A DNA stretch of 64,000 nucleotides. Source: an uncultured Candidatus Saccharibacteria bacterium (GTDB lineage Bacteria > Patescibacteriota > Minisyncoccia > UBA6257 > Colwellbacteraceae). A program made the position numbers and the translations under genes. The stretch lies in contig CAZLHU010000001.1 in assembly GCA_964559765.1 (NCBI GenBank), positions 9,242 through 73,241 on the forward strand. Reading direction: 5' to 3'. The notes under the pieces were generated by a model that did no database searches, had not been told where the DNA came from, and saw only the letters and a list, made by a program, of their open reading frames with translations. Positions 31,201 through 40,913 of the stretch are shown one piece after another; within the stretch, counting starts at the first letter, position 1; the number at the start of each line of letters is the position of its first letter.

Positions 31201-31435
31201 ATTATTTTGATTATGTGTCTTTTGTATTGGGTGCGACCATTGTTTATAGAATAATTATACAACTAATCGGCCGCATTAGTTGCGGAACAGGCCAATATGC
31301 GGCAAATCCCCCATTTACCGGCGCCGCCCACTTAAATTGGCGTCTATACAGCCTATCCACATTAACGCAATGCTCCTTATATAGGGTTTCTGTATAATTT
31401 ATAGAGATAAAGGTCGGCACAAAATAAAAATTGGA

Positions 31436-31747
31436 ATGTCAAAAGCAAAAATTTATTGGATAGTAATCATAATAATCTTGTTGGTATTGGCAATCTGGTG
31501 GTGGTCAAGCGCCATGAACAATAGCTCTATAACAACGGTTACGAGCACGTCGACCATCTCCAATCCCAGTTCCACTAATGCCACTACCAGTAGTTATAAC
31601 AGCGGGATCTCCGCCACCGACACCTCGAACGCATCACTGAACCAGGACCTTAGCACCATAGACAGCCAGATGAACGGATTGAACAGCGATTCCGCAAGCG
31701 TGAATCAAGGACTGAACGACCAACCAATTCCTCAAAGCCAACAATAA
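31436..31747 (+). CDS. small membrane-anchored S/T-rich protein
   Basis: TM (IVIIIILLVLAIWWW) then a low-complexity region. Confidence 0.35.
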   Translation: MSKAKIYWIVIIIILLVLAIWWWSSAMNNSSITTVTSTSTISNPSSTNATTSSYNSGISATDTSNASLNQDLSTIDSQMNGLNSDSASVNQGLNDQPIPQSQQ

Positions 31748-31757
31748 CTTAAACAAC

Positions 31758-32603
31758 ATGAATAAGAACTATTTATTAAGGATATTGCCTGTTGCGGGGG
31801 TCTTGGTCGCTTTAGCGATTTCACCTGTATATGCTCAGTCTTTAAGCGTAACTGCTACCAACGGCTCTGGCGGCGTGAAAGTCACCAATAACGGCTCGAG
31901 TGCGAGTTTGAGGATGGCCAACGCCGAGAAAAACGCTGTTAATCGGGCTAATCAGGAAATCACCCGCAGGCTCACTTCGTTGAATACATTGAGCACGCGC
32001 GTAAACGCCATGGTCAGATTATCAGCGACAGAAAAGACAAGTCTATCCTCCCAGATCCAGACACAAATCACTGACATGAATACTCTGCAGGCGCAGATCG
32101 CGGCCGATGCTAGCAGCAACGCCACGACTTCGCTCAAGAGCGACATACAGTCGATTACTAAGTCCTATCGGATATTCGCCCTGATCATCCCGCAGGGAGC
32201 TATAGAAGCAATGGCTGACAGGGTCCAAACACTGGTGAGCGACTTCGATGCGGTCGCCGCAAAGTTGCAGACTCGCATTTCCGCAGACCAGTCTGCTGGC
32301 GCGAATGTTAGCGCCGCCGTTTCAGCTATGACGGATCTTAACGCGAAGGTTTCTGATGCATCCGCTCAGTCGCAAACAGCAGTAAGTGGAGTCTCGGGCC
32401 TACAGCCCGACAACGGCGTTCAGACGGTAATGCAGTCGAACACCGCCGCACTTAAGGCTGCCCGTGCCGATTTGCAGACAGCGCAGCAAGATCTGGTTGC
32501 AGCCCGTAAAGATGCAGGCGCAATCGTTAAGGTATTAGAGAGCGTCCGCACTAGCGCGAGCTCGACTTCTACAGTTAACTCTACGGCCACCAGTTCGCAA
32601 TAA
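31758..32603 (+). CDS. secreted coiled-coil / low-complexity protein
   Basis: Signal peptide, Ala/Ser/Gln-rich heptad-like body. Confidence 0.45.
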   Translation: MNKNYLLRILPVAGVLVALAISPVYAQSLSVTATNGSGGVKVTNNGSSASLRMANAEKNAVNRANQEITRRLTSLNTLSTRVNAMVRLSATEKTSLSSQIQTQITDMNTLQAQIAADASSNATTSLKSDIQSITKSYRIFALIIPQGAIEAMADRVQTLVSDFDAVAAKLQTRISADQSAGANVSAAVSAMTDLNAKVSDASAQSQTAVSGVSGLQPDNGVQTVMQSNTAALKAARADLQTAQQDLVAARKDAGAIVKVLESVRTSASSTSTVNSTATSSQ

Positions 32604-32627
32604 CATCACAACTGCGCCGTAGTTAAC

Positions 32628-32660
32628 AAAAACACGCCTTAAGCCGGCGTGTTTTTGTTG
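32628..32660. terminator. bidirectional intrinsic terminator (acacgcc-ttaagc-ggcgtgt, A5/T5 flanks)
   Basis: Between convergent 31758..32603(+) and pyrG(-). Confidence 0.6.
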
Positions 32661-32667
32661 TTCGTTC

Positions 32668-34335
32668 TCAAGATTTATTACTCGGGCGTTTAGATTGATA
32701 GTCCTTTTTCTTTGCCGCGGCACGTATAAATTCCACAAACAACGGATGTGGCCGCAACGGGTGAGATTTTAGCTCCGGATGGAACTGCGTACCCACAAAG
32801 AAGGGATGCTTGTTACGCGGCAGTTCCATTATTTCCATAAGCTTCTTATCGGGCGAGGTGGCGGAGAAGACCATCCCATGCTTCTCCAGCCTATTTATAT
32901 ATTCCGGGTTCACCTCGTACCGATGCCTATGCCGTTCAGATATCTTTCGCAGGCCATATGCGCCGGCCGCTATAGTGCCCGGCTTTAATACTGCAGGGTA
33001 TGCGCCCAAACGCATCGTTGCCCCATAGTTCTTGTCTTTCAGGTTCTGCTTCTGCTCCGGCATTATGTCTATGACCGGATAAGCGGTACGCTGATCGATC
33101 TCCGTGGTATTTGCCGCCTTCATGCCGGCGACATGCCGAGCGAACTCCACGGTCGCCAGCTGCATGCCGTAGCATAATCCAAAATAAGGTATTTTATTCT
33201 CCCGACAGTAGCGTATGACCGCTATCTTGCCCTCTATCCCCCGACTGCCGAATCCGCCAGGCACTATTATGCCGTCAAATTCAAGAAGTTCTTTTAGCGA
33301 GGCGCCTCCCTTTTCAAACTGCTCTGAGCTCAACCATTGAATCACAGGCTTCCGATTGACCGTCATCGCCGCATGCTTTACCGATTCTATGACCGAAATA
33401 TATGAATCCTCCAATATAAAGCTCCCGCTCCCAAAATACTTACCAACAATGCCTATCTTCACCGGCTCGGTCGCACGCTTGGACTTCTGGACCATCCTGC
33501 GCCATTCCTTCAAGTCGTGCTTCTTCGACTTCAAGCCCAATTTCTCGAAAAGGCGGTCGCTTAGGTGATCACGTTCGAAATTCAACGGGACCTCGTACAC
33601 GCTATCCACATTCGGAGCGGAGATCACGTCGCCCTTCGAAGCCAGGCCGCAAACGAACGCTATTTTCTCGCGCCGCTTGTCATCCATCGGGATCGGAGCG
33701 CGGCCCATTATCAGATCGACCTGCAGGCCTGCGGCGTTAAGGGTGCGGGCGGCATATTGGGTAGGTTTTGTTTTAAGCTCTGTACCGCCGGCGGACAGCG
33801 CCGGCAACAAACTGACCAAAACGAGCAACACATCCTTGGGCTGCTTAACTTTCAATATGCGCACCGCCTCCAAGAAGAGGATGTTCTGGTATTCGCCGAC
33901 GGTTCCGCCGATCTCAACTATGACTATATCCGCTTTATTCTTCCTGCCGGCATTTTTTATCCTCCTGATGACCTCCAATGGGATGTCCGGCACAACTTCC
34001 ACGCAACGTCCGCCATATTCCAGATTTCGTTCCTTTTGAATGACATTTAAATATACGCTGCCAGTGGTCATGTAGTTCTGACCCGAAAGATCGGCGCCCA
34101 GGAAGCGTTCATAGTTGCCCATATCCTGATCGCACTCCGTCCCATCATCCAAAACAAAAACCTCACCGTGTTCGGTGGGGTTCATTGTGCCTGCGTCTAC
34201 ATTTACGTAGGGGTCAATCTTGAGGGCGGTGACCCTGCAGCCCCTAGCTTGGAGGATCTTCCCTATGGATGCTGAGGCTATCCCCTTACCGACTCCAGAG
34301 ATAACACCTCCAACTACGAAAATGTATTTGGTCAT
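32668..34335 (-). CDS. pyrG: CTP synthase
   Basis: N-terminus MTKYIFVVGGVISGVGKGI; glutamine amidotransferase triad region GICYGMQL. Confidence 0.9.
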   Translation of the reverse strand: MTKYIFVVGGVISGVGKGIASASIGKILQARGCRVTALKIDPYVNVDAGTMNPTEHGEVFVLDDGTECDQDMGNYERFLGADLSGQNYMTTGSVYLNVIQKERNLEYGGRCVEVVPDIPLEVIRRIKNAGRKNKADIVIVEIGGTVGEYQNILFLEAVRILKVKQPKDVLLVLVSLLPALSAGGTELKTKPTQYAARTLNAAGLQVDLIMGRAPIPMDDKRREKIAFVCGLASKGDVISAPNVDSVYEVPLNFERDHLSDRLFEKLGLKSKKHDLKEWRRMVQKSKRATEPVKIGIVGKYFGSGSFILEDSYISVIESVKHAAMTVNRKPVIQWLSSEQFEKGGASLKELLEFDGIIVPGGFGSRGIEGKIAVIRYCRENKIPYFGLCYGMQLATVEFARHVAGMKAANTTEIDQRTAYPVIDIMPEQKQNLKDKNYGATMRLGAYPAVLKPGTIAAGAYGLRKISERHRHRYEVNPEYINRLEKHGMVFSATSPDKKLMEIMELPRNKHPFFVGTQFHPELKSHPLRPHPLFVEFIRAAAKKKDYQSKRPSNKS

Positions 34336-34453
34336 TTATTATTTTTATTGAAAGGATTTATACGGAGGTATTCTAGCGCCGCCACCTTGTCGGTACAATA
34401 GAAGGACCTGTTAATTAGGGTGCCCTCTCCGCCGGTTTGCTATACTTAGATGA

Positions 34454-34855
34454 ATGTTGAAGGGTTTCAAGGAATTCATCCTCCGGGGAAGCGTCGTCGA
34501 TTTGGCCGTCGGCGTTGTCGTGGGCGCGGCGTTCAATGGCATCATCAGCTCGATGGTCAAAGACCTCATAACCCCGTTCATCGCCGCCATCATAAAGGCC
34601 CCCGATTTCTCTGGTTTATATTTCACCATAAACGGCAGTAAATTCTTATATGGAGATTTCTTAAACTCGCTCGTTTCCTTCCTAATCATCGCAACCGTGG
34701 TCTATTTCTTTGTGGTCGTCCCCATAAACAAACTCAGCGCAAAGCTGCATAAGGGACCGCCGCAGGACGCAGTCACAAAGAAATGTCCTGAATGCATGAG
34801 CGAAATACCGATAGGAGCTAAGCGGTGCGCCTATTGCACCTGTAAGGTTAAGTAA
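34454..34855 (+). CDS. mscL: large-conductance mechanosensitive channel with a C-terminal CxxC...CxxC zinc ribbon
   Basis: FKEFILRGSVVDLAVGVVVGAAF signature; C-terminus KKCPECMSEIPIGAKRCAYCTC. Confidence 0.8.
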   Translation: MLKGFKEFILRGSVVDLAVGVVVGAAFNGIISSMVKDLITPFIAAIIKAPDFSGLYFTINGSKFLYGDFLNSLVSFLIIATVVYFFVVVPINKLSAKLHKGPPQDAVTKKCPECMSEIPIGAKRCAYCTCKVK

Positions 34856-34879
34856 CGCGACCCCTAATAATCCGGCTTA

Positions 34880-34905
34880 ATACAAGCCGGATTTTGACAG
34901 AATAC
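34880..34905 (+). terminator. intrinsic terminator after mscL (atccggc-ttaatacaa-gccggat plus T4)
   Basis: Hairpin plus U-run. Confidence 0.5.
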
Positions 34906-35083
34906 CGTATTTATCGTATATTCTCGCACGAAGCTGAGAGTAAGGACTCTCGCCGACCCTAAAGGCCGACCAAGTGATCCTTACACAGGGACACTTCTTT
35001 AAAAATAACCGATGTCTAGGGAAGCCTGTATCTAAATAAGGAAGGTCCTTATAAATACGGGGATAATCCTGGATATTAAATTT

Positions 35084-35353
35084 ATGTGGAAAAAATGGAC
35101 TAATGGCATAGTCGGAGTGCTGATCTTCTTGTTCGGTTTCGCCATGGGTCCGGTCTGGGTTGCGTGGGTAGTCGGCATCCTCGGGCTCGTGGCCTTGGTC
35201 ACGTCCTTCTTCGCCCTGGAAACTTGGCAGGGGGCGCTGAGCGTCATAGCCAGCGCAGGTGTCGTCGCGTCCGCGATATTCGGCTGGCCCGCATGGGTTG
35301 TTGTCGTTCTCGGCGTCGTGATTTTCGCCTTGATGTTCGGCTTCGAGGAATAA
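35084..35353 (+). CDS. small three-TM membrane protein
   Basis: 89 aa, hydrophobic; followed by a strong terminator at 35386..35420. Confidence 0.4.
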   Translation: MWKKWTNGIVGVLIFLFGFAMGPVWVAWVVGILGLVALVTSFFALETWQGALSVIASAGVVASAIFGWPAWVVVVLGVVIFALMFGFEE

Positions 35354-35385
35354 ACTGAGCCGCATCAAGCCACATAAAAAACATC

Positions 35386-35420
35386 CCGCACTTTAGCGGG
35401 ATGTTTTTATTCTCGTACTT
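35386..35420 (+). terminator. intrinsic terminator (catcccgc-acttta-gcgggatg plus T5)
   Basis: Hairpin plus U-run. Confidence 0.55.
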
Positions 35421-35662
35421 ATTGGCCGTAAGATGGAATAAACACCTTCCGGAGAAGGTGTTTGTTGGATGGTTGGGACGAATGTCCCAAAAAAGAGCGG
35501 TGAGCACCGATGGGCTATTTATATAAAGAACAATTAGTCATCGGGCTCATTATTATTATAGTTTCTATGCGATATATTTTAAAGCGAGCTTGTGGATAGC
35601 GTTTAAATATAGGAAGATTAATCGAAGTCGCATAAAGTCCGGGCTTAAACCTACGCAACATA

Positions 35663-36157
35663 ATGATTAAGTACATAAGATCTATATTTGATTATCACGA
35701 ACACAAGAAGCAACTGTTGATCATAGTGCTCCTATCTTTCCTGGCTGCATTTTCAATCGCCAGAATATATTCCCTGTCCGTCGGCTATTCGATCTACATA
35801 AGCGGCTACCACATCCACCACTTCTATTTCGGCGCGCTGATCATATCAATCGGCGGGCTACTAGGTATATTAACCAGTGGCAGACGCAAGAAACAGATAT
35901 CAGCCATGTTCATAGGCGCGGGGATGGGTCTTTTCGCAGACGAGATCGGCTTGCTTTTGAATTGCACCTCCAACAACCGTATATGCGCGTACGCCTTCCC
36001 AGACAGCTTCGATATAATATTCGCTATAGCCTTGTCGATAATATCCGTTATGGTACTAACGGATTTCATAGACAGAAGGTCTATGCGCGAGAAAAAGCGC
36101 AGGGATGCAATTGCCAACAAAACCGATCATCCGCAGCAATCAGACCAGAATAAGTAA
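35663..36157 (+). CDS. hypothetical polytopic membrane protein
   Basis: 164 aa, four predicted TM helices; terminator at 36165..36187. Confidence 0.45.
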   Translation: MIKYIRSIFDYHEHKKQLLIIVLLSFLAAFSIARIYSLSVGYSIYISGYHIHHFYFGALIISIGGLLGILTSGRRKKQISAMFIGAGMGLFADEIGLLLNCTSNNRICAYAFPDSFDIIFAIALSIISVMVLTDFIDRRSMREKKRRDAIANKTDHPQQSDQNK

Positions 36158-36164
36158 CGCGAAA

Positions 36165-36187
36165 CAGCCCGAATGCGGGCTGTTTTT
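36165..36187 (+). terminator. intrinsic terminator (cagcccg-aat-gcgggctg plus T5)
   Basis: Hairpin plus U-run. Confidence 0.55.
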
Positions 36188-36194
36188 GTCGTCT

Positions 36195-36435
36195 ATTGGC
36201 AAAAAATCTGACATATGGTATTAGTTCACCAGCCCCAGACTGCCTAGCTGGTCTAGAGAGGCCTACCTCCTTCTGGTACTGGTGCTGCACGTCCACTCAG
36301 TTAGGGCTTCCGAAGACATTCCCGGTCTACGGAAGTTAGTTCTTTATTTAGGGAGTTCCTATAGTCGGTGCTCGAGACTATAGGGGCACAACCGCAGAGC
36401 ACCCCGGGACGAAACTGTCCCGGGTTATTTATTTA
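36195..36435 (+). ncRNA. GC-rich structured element; candidate ncRNA of unknown class (strand uncertain)
   Basis: About 58% GC in about 40% GC surroundings; several perfect 6-9 bp helices (cctatagtc/gactatagg, cttccg/cggaag); ends in an 8-bp GC hairpin plus U-rich tail at 36398..36432; no ORF. Confidence 0.3.
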
Positions 36436-36488
36436 TAAGGCCCTAAACCTGATATAATGGACGTGTCGAATATAAATCAAAACAATCA

Positions 36489-36731
36489 ATGGGTAATAAA
36501 ATATTAGTGACTATCGTCGGACTGCTCGGATTAGCCTTCATCGTATTGGCCTTCGTATACTGGTTCACGCCAGCCAGCTCTCTACCGTCATACTTCCCAG
36601 GGTATAGCGCAACCTTAAACTCTGTGCACCTTAAGCACGGCATAGCCTCTTTTGTGGTAGGTTTGGTCTTGCTAGCTTTCACTTGGTTCAGGACCGGGAA
36701 AAAATCAGCGCACCAGAACAATCAAGCTTAA
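36489..36731 (+). CDS. small two-TM membrane protein
   Basis: 80 aa; converges on and overlaps the uppP 3' end by 27 nt. Confidence 0.35.
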   Translation: MGNKILVTIVGLLGLAFIVLAFVYWFTPASSLPSYFPGYSATLNSVHLKHGIASFVVGLVLLAFTWFRTGKKSAHQNNQA

Positions 36732-37565
36732 TATCCCAGCTGCGGCGCAATAGATCGCGAACGGGGTAAGCGTGTTTGTTTTGAAATATTTAGTTAGAAA
36801 CTTTATTGAACAATAGGCGGCCAATGCGGCTGAAATCGCGCCGACGGCGGCCACACTTATAGCCTGCGACCCTCCGGATACCAATAGACTAGGCAGCTCT
36901 AGTATCGCAGCAGCTGCGATAATCGGCGTCGCTAAAAGGAAGGAATAACGCATCGCATCTTCATGTGATAACCCGGATGTCAGCCCGCCAGCTATGGTCG
37001 AACCCGTCCTTGAGAACCCGGGGAATAGCGCTATGCATTGAATTATCCCTATCTTCACTGAATCCCACCAAGACAACTTGCCAGCTATTCTTTCGTCAGG
37101 GTTTCCAACATCAGCCGAAGCCTTGGCTTTGCGCCTCAATAATTCAGCGCCGAACAACATCGCCCCATTGAAGATAAGGAACGTTGAAACTGATATGGGA
37201 GATATAAAAAGATTTTGTAATTGCTCTTGGAACAGCACGCCGAATATGCCTGCTGGAATCGTACTGACAATTAGCAGCCACCCCAATTTAGCATATGAAT
37301 CGGAAGATTTGATCTCGCGCTCCCTAAGGGATCTAAATATTCCAGCTATGACCAGCTTCCAATCCGCAAAATAAAAGACAAACAGCACTAAGGCGGTCGC
37401 AAAATGCGTTGCTACAAGGAATGTAAGGAAGTAATTGGCATTCTGATTAAAATTCCACCCCAACAAGGCTGGCAATATTATGCTGTGCCCCAAGCTTGAT
37501 ACGGGGAACAGTTCAGTAATCCCCTGTACCAGACCCAAGATTATTGCTTGTACATATGAAATCAT
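36705..37565 (-). CDS. uppP: undecaprenyl-diphosphate phosphatase
   Basis: ELFPVSSLGHSII and FSRTGSTIAGGL BacA/UppP motifs. Confidence 0.85.
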   Translation of the reverse strand: MISYVQAIILGLVQGITELFPVSSLGHSIILPALLGWNFNQNANYFLTFLVATHFATALVLFVFYFADWKLVIAGIFRSLREREIKSSDSYAKLGWLLIVSTIPAGIFGVLFQEQLQNLFISPISVSTFLIFNGAMLFGAELLRRKAKASADVGNPDERIAGKLSWWDSVKIGIIQCIALFPGFSRTGSTIAGGLTSGLSHEDAMRYSFLLATPIIAAAAILELPSLLVSGGSQAISVAAVGAISAALAAYCSIKFLTKYFKTNTLTPFAIYCAAAGILSLIVLVR

Positions 37566-37671
37566 CGCCTTTATTACTTCTTACTATACTATAACTAAAC
37601 CCCAAATATGGCTCGGCCTACCCGCGCCCACTACTACCACATACCCCGTAGGAGTAATATTAATTAAACAA

Positions 37672-38322
37672 ATGAGCAACAATAAAACTCTACTTATAAT
37701 CATATGGATACTAGTCATCGCATCTTTTGTGCTGGCTGCATATTTTTATCCCACCCTACCAGCAAATATAGTCTCCCACTGGAACGCACTAGGTCAGCCC
37801 AACGGGTATATGTCAAAAACATCTGGGCTTTTCTTATTCCCAGTAATTGACCTAGTTTTAGTTCTATTGTTTATGCTGATCCTCAAAATCGACCCACTTA
37901 GAGAGAATATAAAGCAGTTTAGTAAGTACTATTACGGGTTCATAGCGGCTTTATTGATATTCATGCTACTGATCCAATCACAGGTATCGCTATGGAACTA
38001 TGGAGTCAAAATCAATACGAATATTGTCGTACCGATCGCACTGGGTATACTTTTTTTCTATGTCGGCATTCTATTGCAGCATGCCAAGAGAAACTGGTTC
38101 ATAGGTATAAGAACGCCTTGGACGCTAAGCAACGAAGCTGTTTGGGATAAGACAAATAGATTGGGTGGGCGATTATTCAAAGCTTGCGGGATCATATCTG
38201 TTATCAGCATATTCTTTGGAGAATATGCTCTAATCATAACCATCTCCTTTGTTATGGCGATAGCTATATTCCTGGTGGTTTATTCCTATATCGAATTCAC
38301 AAGGGTGGAACGGATAAAATAG
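37672..38322 (+). CDS. SdpI/YhfL-family membrane protein (DUF1648 + SdpI)
   Basis: Probable start at MSNNK (37672; the ORF track extends it to 37480); NWFIGIRTPWTLSNEAVWDKTNR signature. Confidence 0.6.
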   Translation: MSNNKTLLIIIWILVIASFVLAAYFYPTLPANIVSHWNALGQPNGYMSKTSGLFLFPVIDLVLVLLFMLILKIDPLRENIKQFSKYYYGFIAALLIFMLLIQSQVSLWNYGVKINTNIVVPIALGILFFYVGILLQHAKRNWFIGIRTPWTLSNEAVWDKTNRLGGRLFKACGIISVISIFFGEYALIITISFVMAIAIFLVVYSYIEFTRVERIK

Positions 38323-38379
38323 GTTTGGTTTATGATATAATCTACATAAATAAGGTCAAAATAAATTCATAACCACAAA

Positions 38380-38748
38380 ATGCGCATCGAATGGAATAAA
38401 GTAACTTGGTACTCAAAGACACTGGCGGTTTTAGTGTTCATAGCAACCTTCTTAATTGGATTCACATCCGGATCCTTATACCGACAGTCGAAAGACTCTT
38501 CCACCATATCCCTGCTTGCCACCGAGCAATCGACCTCCACGGCTGCCGTAAGCGCTGAACAGGCCCTACAAAGCGCTACAACGACCATACAAGTACCCCC
38601 AACAGCTACTCACTATGACGGCATGTTAATCTGCACCAGTAACAACGGCTGTCCTAATGGCTACTCATGCCTTAGACAAGGCCCGTTAATAGTGGGTGAA
38701 GTGCCACCTAAAGTGTGCGTGCCAAAAGGCCAAGCCATACCTTTATAA
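38380..38748 (+). CDS. small membrane-anchored extracellular protein with four cysteines
   Basis: TM, then an S/T linker, then CTSNNGCPNGYSC...KVCVP; terminator at 38766..38790. Confidence 0.4.
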   Translation: MRIEWNKVTWYSKTLAVLVFIATFLIGFTSGSLYRQSKDSSTISLLATEQSTSTAAVSAEQALQSATTTIQVPPTATHYDGMLICTSNNGCPNGYSCLRQGPLIVGEVPPKVCVPKGQAIPL

Positions 38749-38765
38749 AATAAGACAAAAAAAAA

Positions 38766-38790
38766 CAGCCGCAGTGAAGCGGCTGTTTTT
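38766..38790 (+). terminator. intrinsic terminator (cagccgc-agtgaa-gcggctg plus T5)
   Basis: Hairpin plus U-run. Confidence 0.55.
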
Positions 38791-38866
38791 AATTGCCAAT
38801 CTTGTGCATACAAATCGGTCTCGTTGGTATGTTAAAATTAAGATAGTCGAATAATTAAAAAATAAA

Positions 38867-39559
38867 ATGAAAAATAAAATTATACTCGCGTCTATAGCCA
38901 TCGCTTCACTGGGAGCGTTGCTGCTATTATCCGAAGCCAGCGCCGCAACCTACACGCAGCAGACTTCAAGCACCGTTCCGAACTATCGGATATGCAATTG
39001 TCCGATGATTCCAGCCGGCGGAACGTACGAAGGTAGCACAAACACACCAGAGGACAATGCCTCGGCATCTGCACAAGTATGCCCATGCCCGACAGGCCCA
39101 TTGGGATACGGAACGACAACCCCAATAAAAACCTTCCCTCCGATAACGACTCAAAATCAGCAGGGCATAAGTATAAACGGACAGGGCAATGTCCAATTAA
39201 GTTATGGGCAAGTGCAAGCCGTTAATGGGAATAGCCTTACGGTATCCGTATTCGGCATAAACTTCGCCGTCGACACAACAAATGCCAAGGTTGGTGGCGG
39301 GATAGCCTTGCCCGCTAACTTATCCTCCTTGTTCAGCACGTTGGGTGTGACAACGACGCCGACAACCTCGTCGCCAACAACAATTAATGTCGGCGACAGG
39401 GTGACCTTATCCGGAACAGTGGCTTCTAGCACTGGGGTCATAAGCGCCACAACGATAAGAGACTTAACCACCCAGTCACAGTCCTCTAACACCATTCAAA
39501 ACACGATCAACGAGCTGTTGCAGATGGTCAGTCAACTGCGGTCCCAGATCAGCCAATAA
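38867..39559 (+). CDS. secreted hypothetical protein
   Basis: Signal peptide ASLGALLLLSEASA; terminator at 39582..39610. Confidence 0.45.
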   Translation: MKNKIILASIAIASLGALLLLSEASAATYTQQTSSTVPNYRICNCPMIPAGGTYEGSTNTPEDNASASAQVCPCPTGPLGYGTTTPIKTFPPITTQNQQGISINGQGNVQLSYGQVQAVNGNSLTVSVFGINFAVDTTNAKVGGGIALPANLSSLFSTLGVTTTPTTSSPTTINVGDRVTLSGTVASSTGVISATTIRDLTTQSQSSNTIQNTINELLQMVSQLRSQISQ

Positions 39560-39581
39560 TAAGGATCGGGTGATCACTAAC

Positions 39582-39610
39582 AAAAAGAGGGCACAAAGCC
39601 CTCTTTTTGT
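39582..39610 (+). terminator. intrinsic terminator (agagggc-acaa-agccctct plus T5)
   Basis: Hairpin plus U-run. Confidence 0.55.
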
Positions 39611-39630
39611 TCTATAATTGCAAATAAAGA

Positions 39631-40908
39631 ATGTTTAAGGGCGCTAGAAAATTTGCCGAATCTGCCGGGCCAGGAATTATAACCGGTGCAGCCGACGACG
39701 ATCCGTCAGGGATTGCCACTTATTCGCAGACAGGTGCTCAATTCGGCTACGGACAGCTGTGGACCGTATTGCTGTTGCTTCCGTTCATGACCGCAATTCA
39801 AGAGGCCTGCGCAAGGATAGGCGCAGTGACCGGCAAGGGCATCGCTGCGGTGATAAAAGAAAACTACAGCAAGAAGATACTATACGCGACGCTATTACTG
39901 GTGCTTGTTGCCAACACGATAAACATCGGGGCGGATCTTGGGGCTATGGGCGCCGCCGCCCATCTCATAATCCCCATTCCTTTTGCGCTGCTAACTTTAT
40001 TTTTCACAGCCAGCATCTTAGTGTTGGAGATATTTATGTCTTATAAGAGATATGCCGGTATTTTGAAGTGGCTCACCCTGACCCTTATCGCCTATCCTAT
40101 TACCCTATTCTTGGTTAACGAACCTTGGAGTACGTTATTGAAGTCTACGTTCGTGCCGCACATGGAATGGAGTTTCGCCTTTTTGTTCATAATCACCGGC
40201 GTGTTCGGAACAACCATTTCCCCATACATGTTCTTCTGGGAAGCGTCGGAGGAGGTCGAGGAAGAACGGGAGAAAAATATGATAGAGGACGGCAAGCCAA
40301 AGATCAGCAGATCTTTCTTGCGTTCGATGCGAATCGACAACTTCGCAGGCATGCTCTCTTCGCAAATAGCCACCTGGTGCATAATCGTCGTCGCCGCCAC
40401 GGTATTGAATGCAAACGGGGTGATGAATATAGCCACGGCGGCCGATGCCGCGAGGGCATTGGAGCCGCTAGTGCACACCTTTCCCAACGCCGGGTTCCTG
40501 GCAAAGTTCATATTCGCTATAGGGGTAATGGGCCTAGGACTGTTAGCCGTACCTGTCCTGTCCGCCTCAGCCTCATATGCGCTATCCGAGGCCGCAAACT
40601 GGAAAGAGGGATTGAACCTTAAGCTTAAACGCGCCCATGGCTTCTATGGCGTGATTACGATAGCAACGCTGATAGGGTTAATGATTAACTTCGTAGGGAT
40701 AGACCCGATAAAGGCGCTTGTGTTTACGGCTGTATTCAATGGGGTGGCTGCCGTGCCTCTTATATTTATAATCGCTAGAATGGCTCGCAATGAGAAAATA
40801 ATGGGAGAATATAAGAGCGGTACACTTTCCAATATATTCGTATGGGGAACATTCGTAATCATGGCGGCGGCAGCCATAGCTATGTTCTTCACGATAGGTA
40901 GAATCTAA
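39631..40908 (+). CDS. mntH: NRAMP-family divalent metal (Mn2+/Fe2+) transporter
   Basis: GPGIITGAADDDPSGIATYSQTGAQFGY N-terminal Nramp signature; about 11 TM helices. Confidence 0.8.
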   Translation: MFKGARKFAESAGPGIITGAADDDPSGIATYSQTGAQFGYGQLWTVLLLLPFMTAIQEACARIGAVTGKGIAAVIKENYSKKILYATLLLVLVANTINIGADLGAMGAAAHLIIPIPFALLTLFFTASILVLEIFMSYKRYAGILKWLTLTLIAYPITLFLVNEPWSTLLKSTFVPHMEWSFAFLFIITGVFGTTISPYMFFWEASEEVEEEREKNMIEDGKPKISRSFLRSMRIDNFAGMLSSQIATWCIIVVAATVLNANGVMNIATAADAARALEPLVHTFPNAGFLAKFIFAIGVMGLGLLAVPVLSASASYALSEAANWKEGLNLKLKRAHGFYGVITIATLIGLMINFVGIDPIKALVFTAVFNGVAAVPLIFIIARMARNEKIMGEYKSGTLSNIFVWGTFVIMAAAAIAMFFTIGRI

Positions 40909-40913
40909 TAGAT

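Noticed and set aside
34877-35368. 163-aa minus-strand ORF rich in D/E/H/R
   Set aside because: It is low-complexity and overlaps a plus-strand small membrane ORF that is followed by a strong plus-strand terminator. The plus-strand model is preferred.
36230-36300. tRNA-like D-arm sequence (gcctagctggtctagagaggc)
   Set aside because: No T-loop (GTTCRANYC), acceptor stem or proper anticodon loop could be built, so this is not a tRNA. It is kept only as part of the unassigned structured element.
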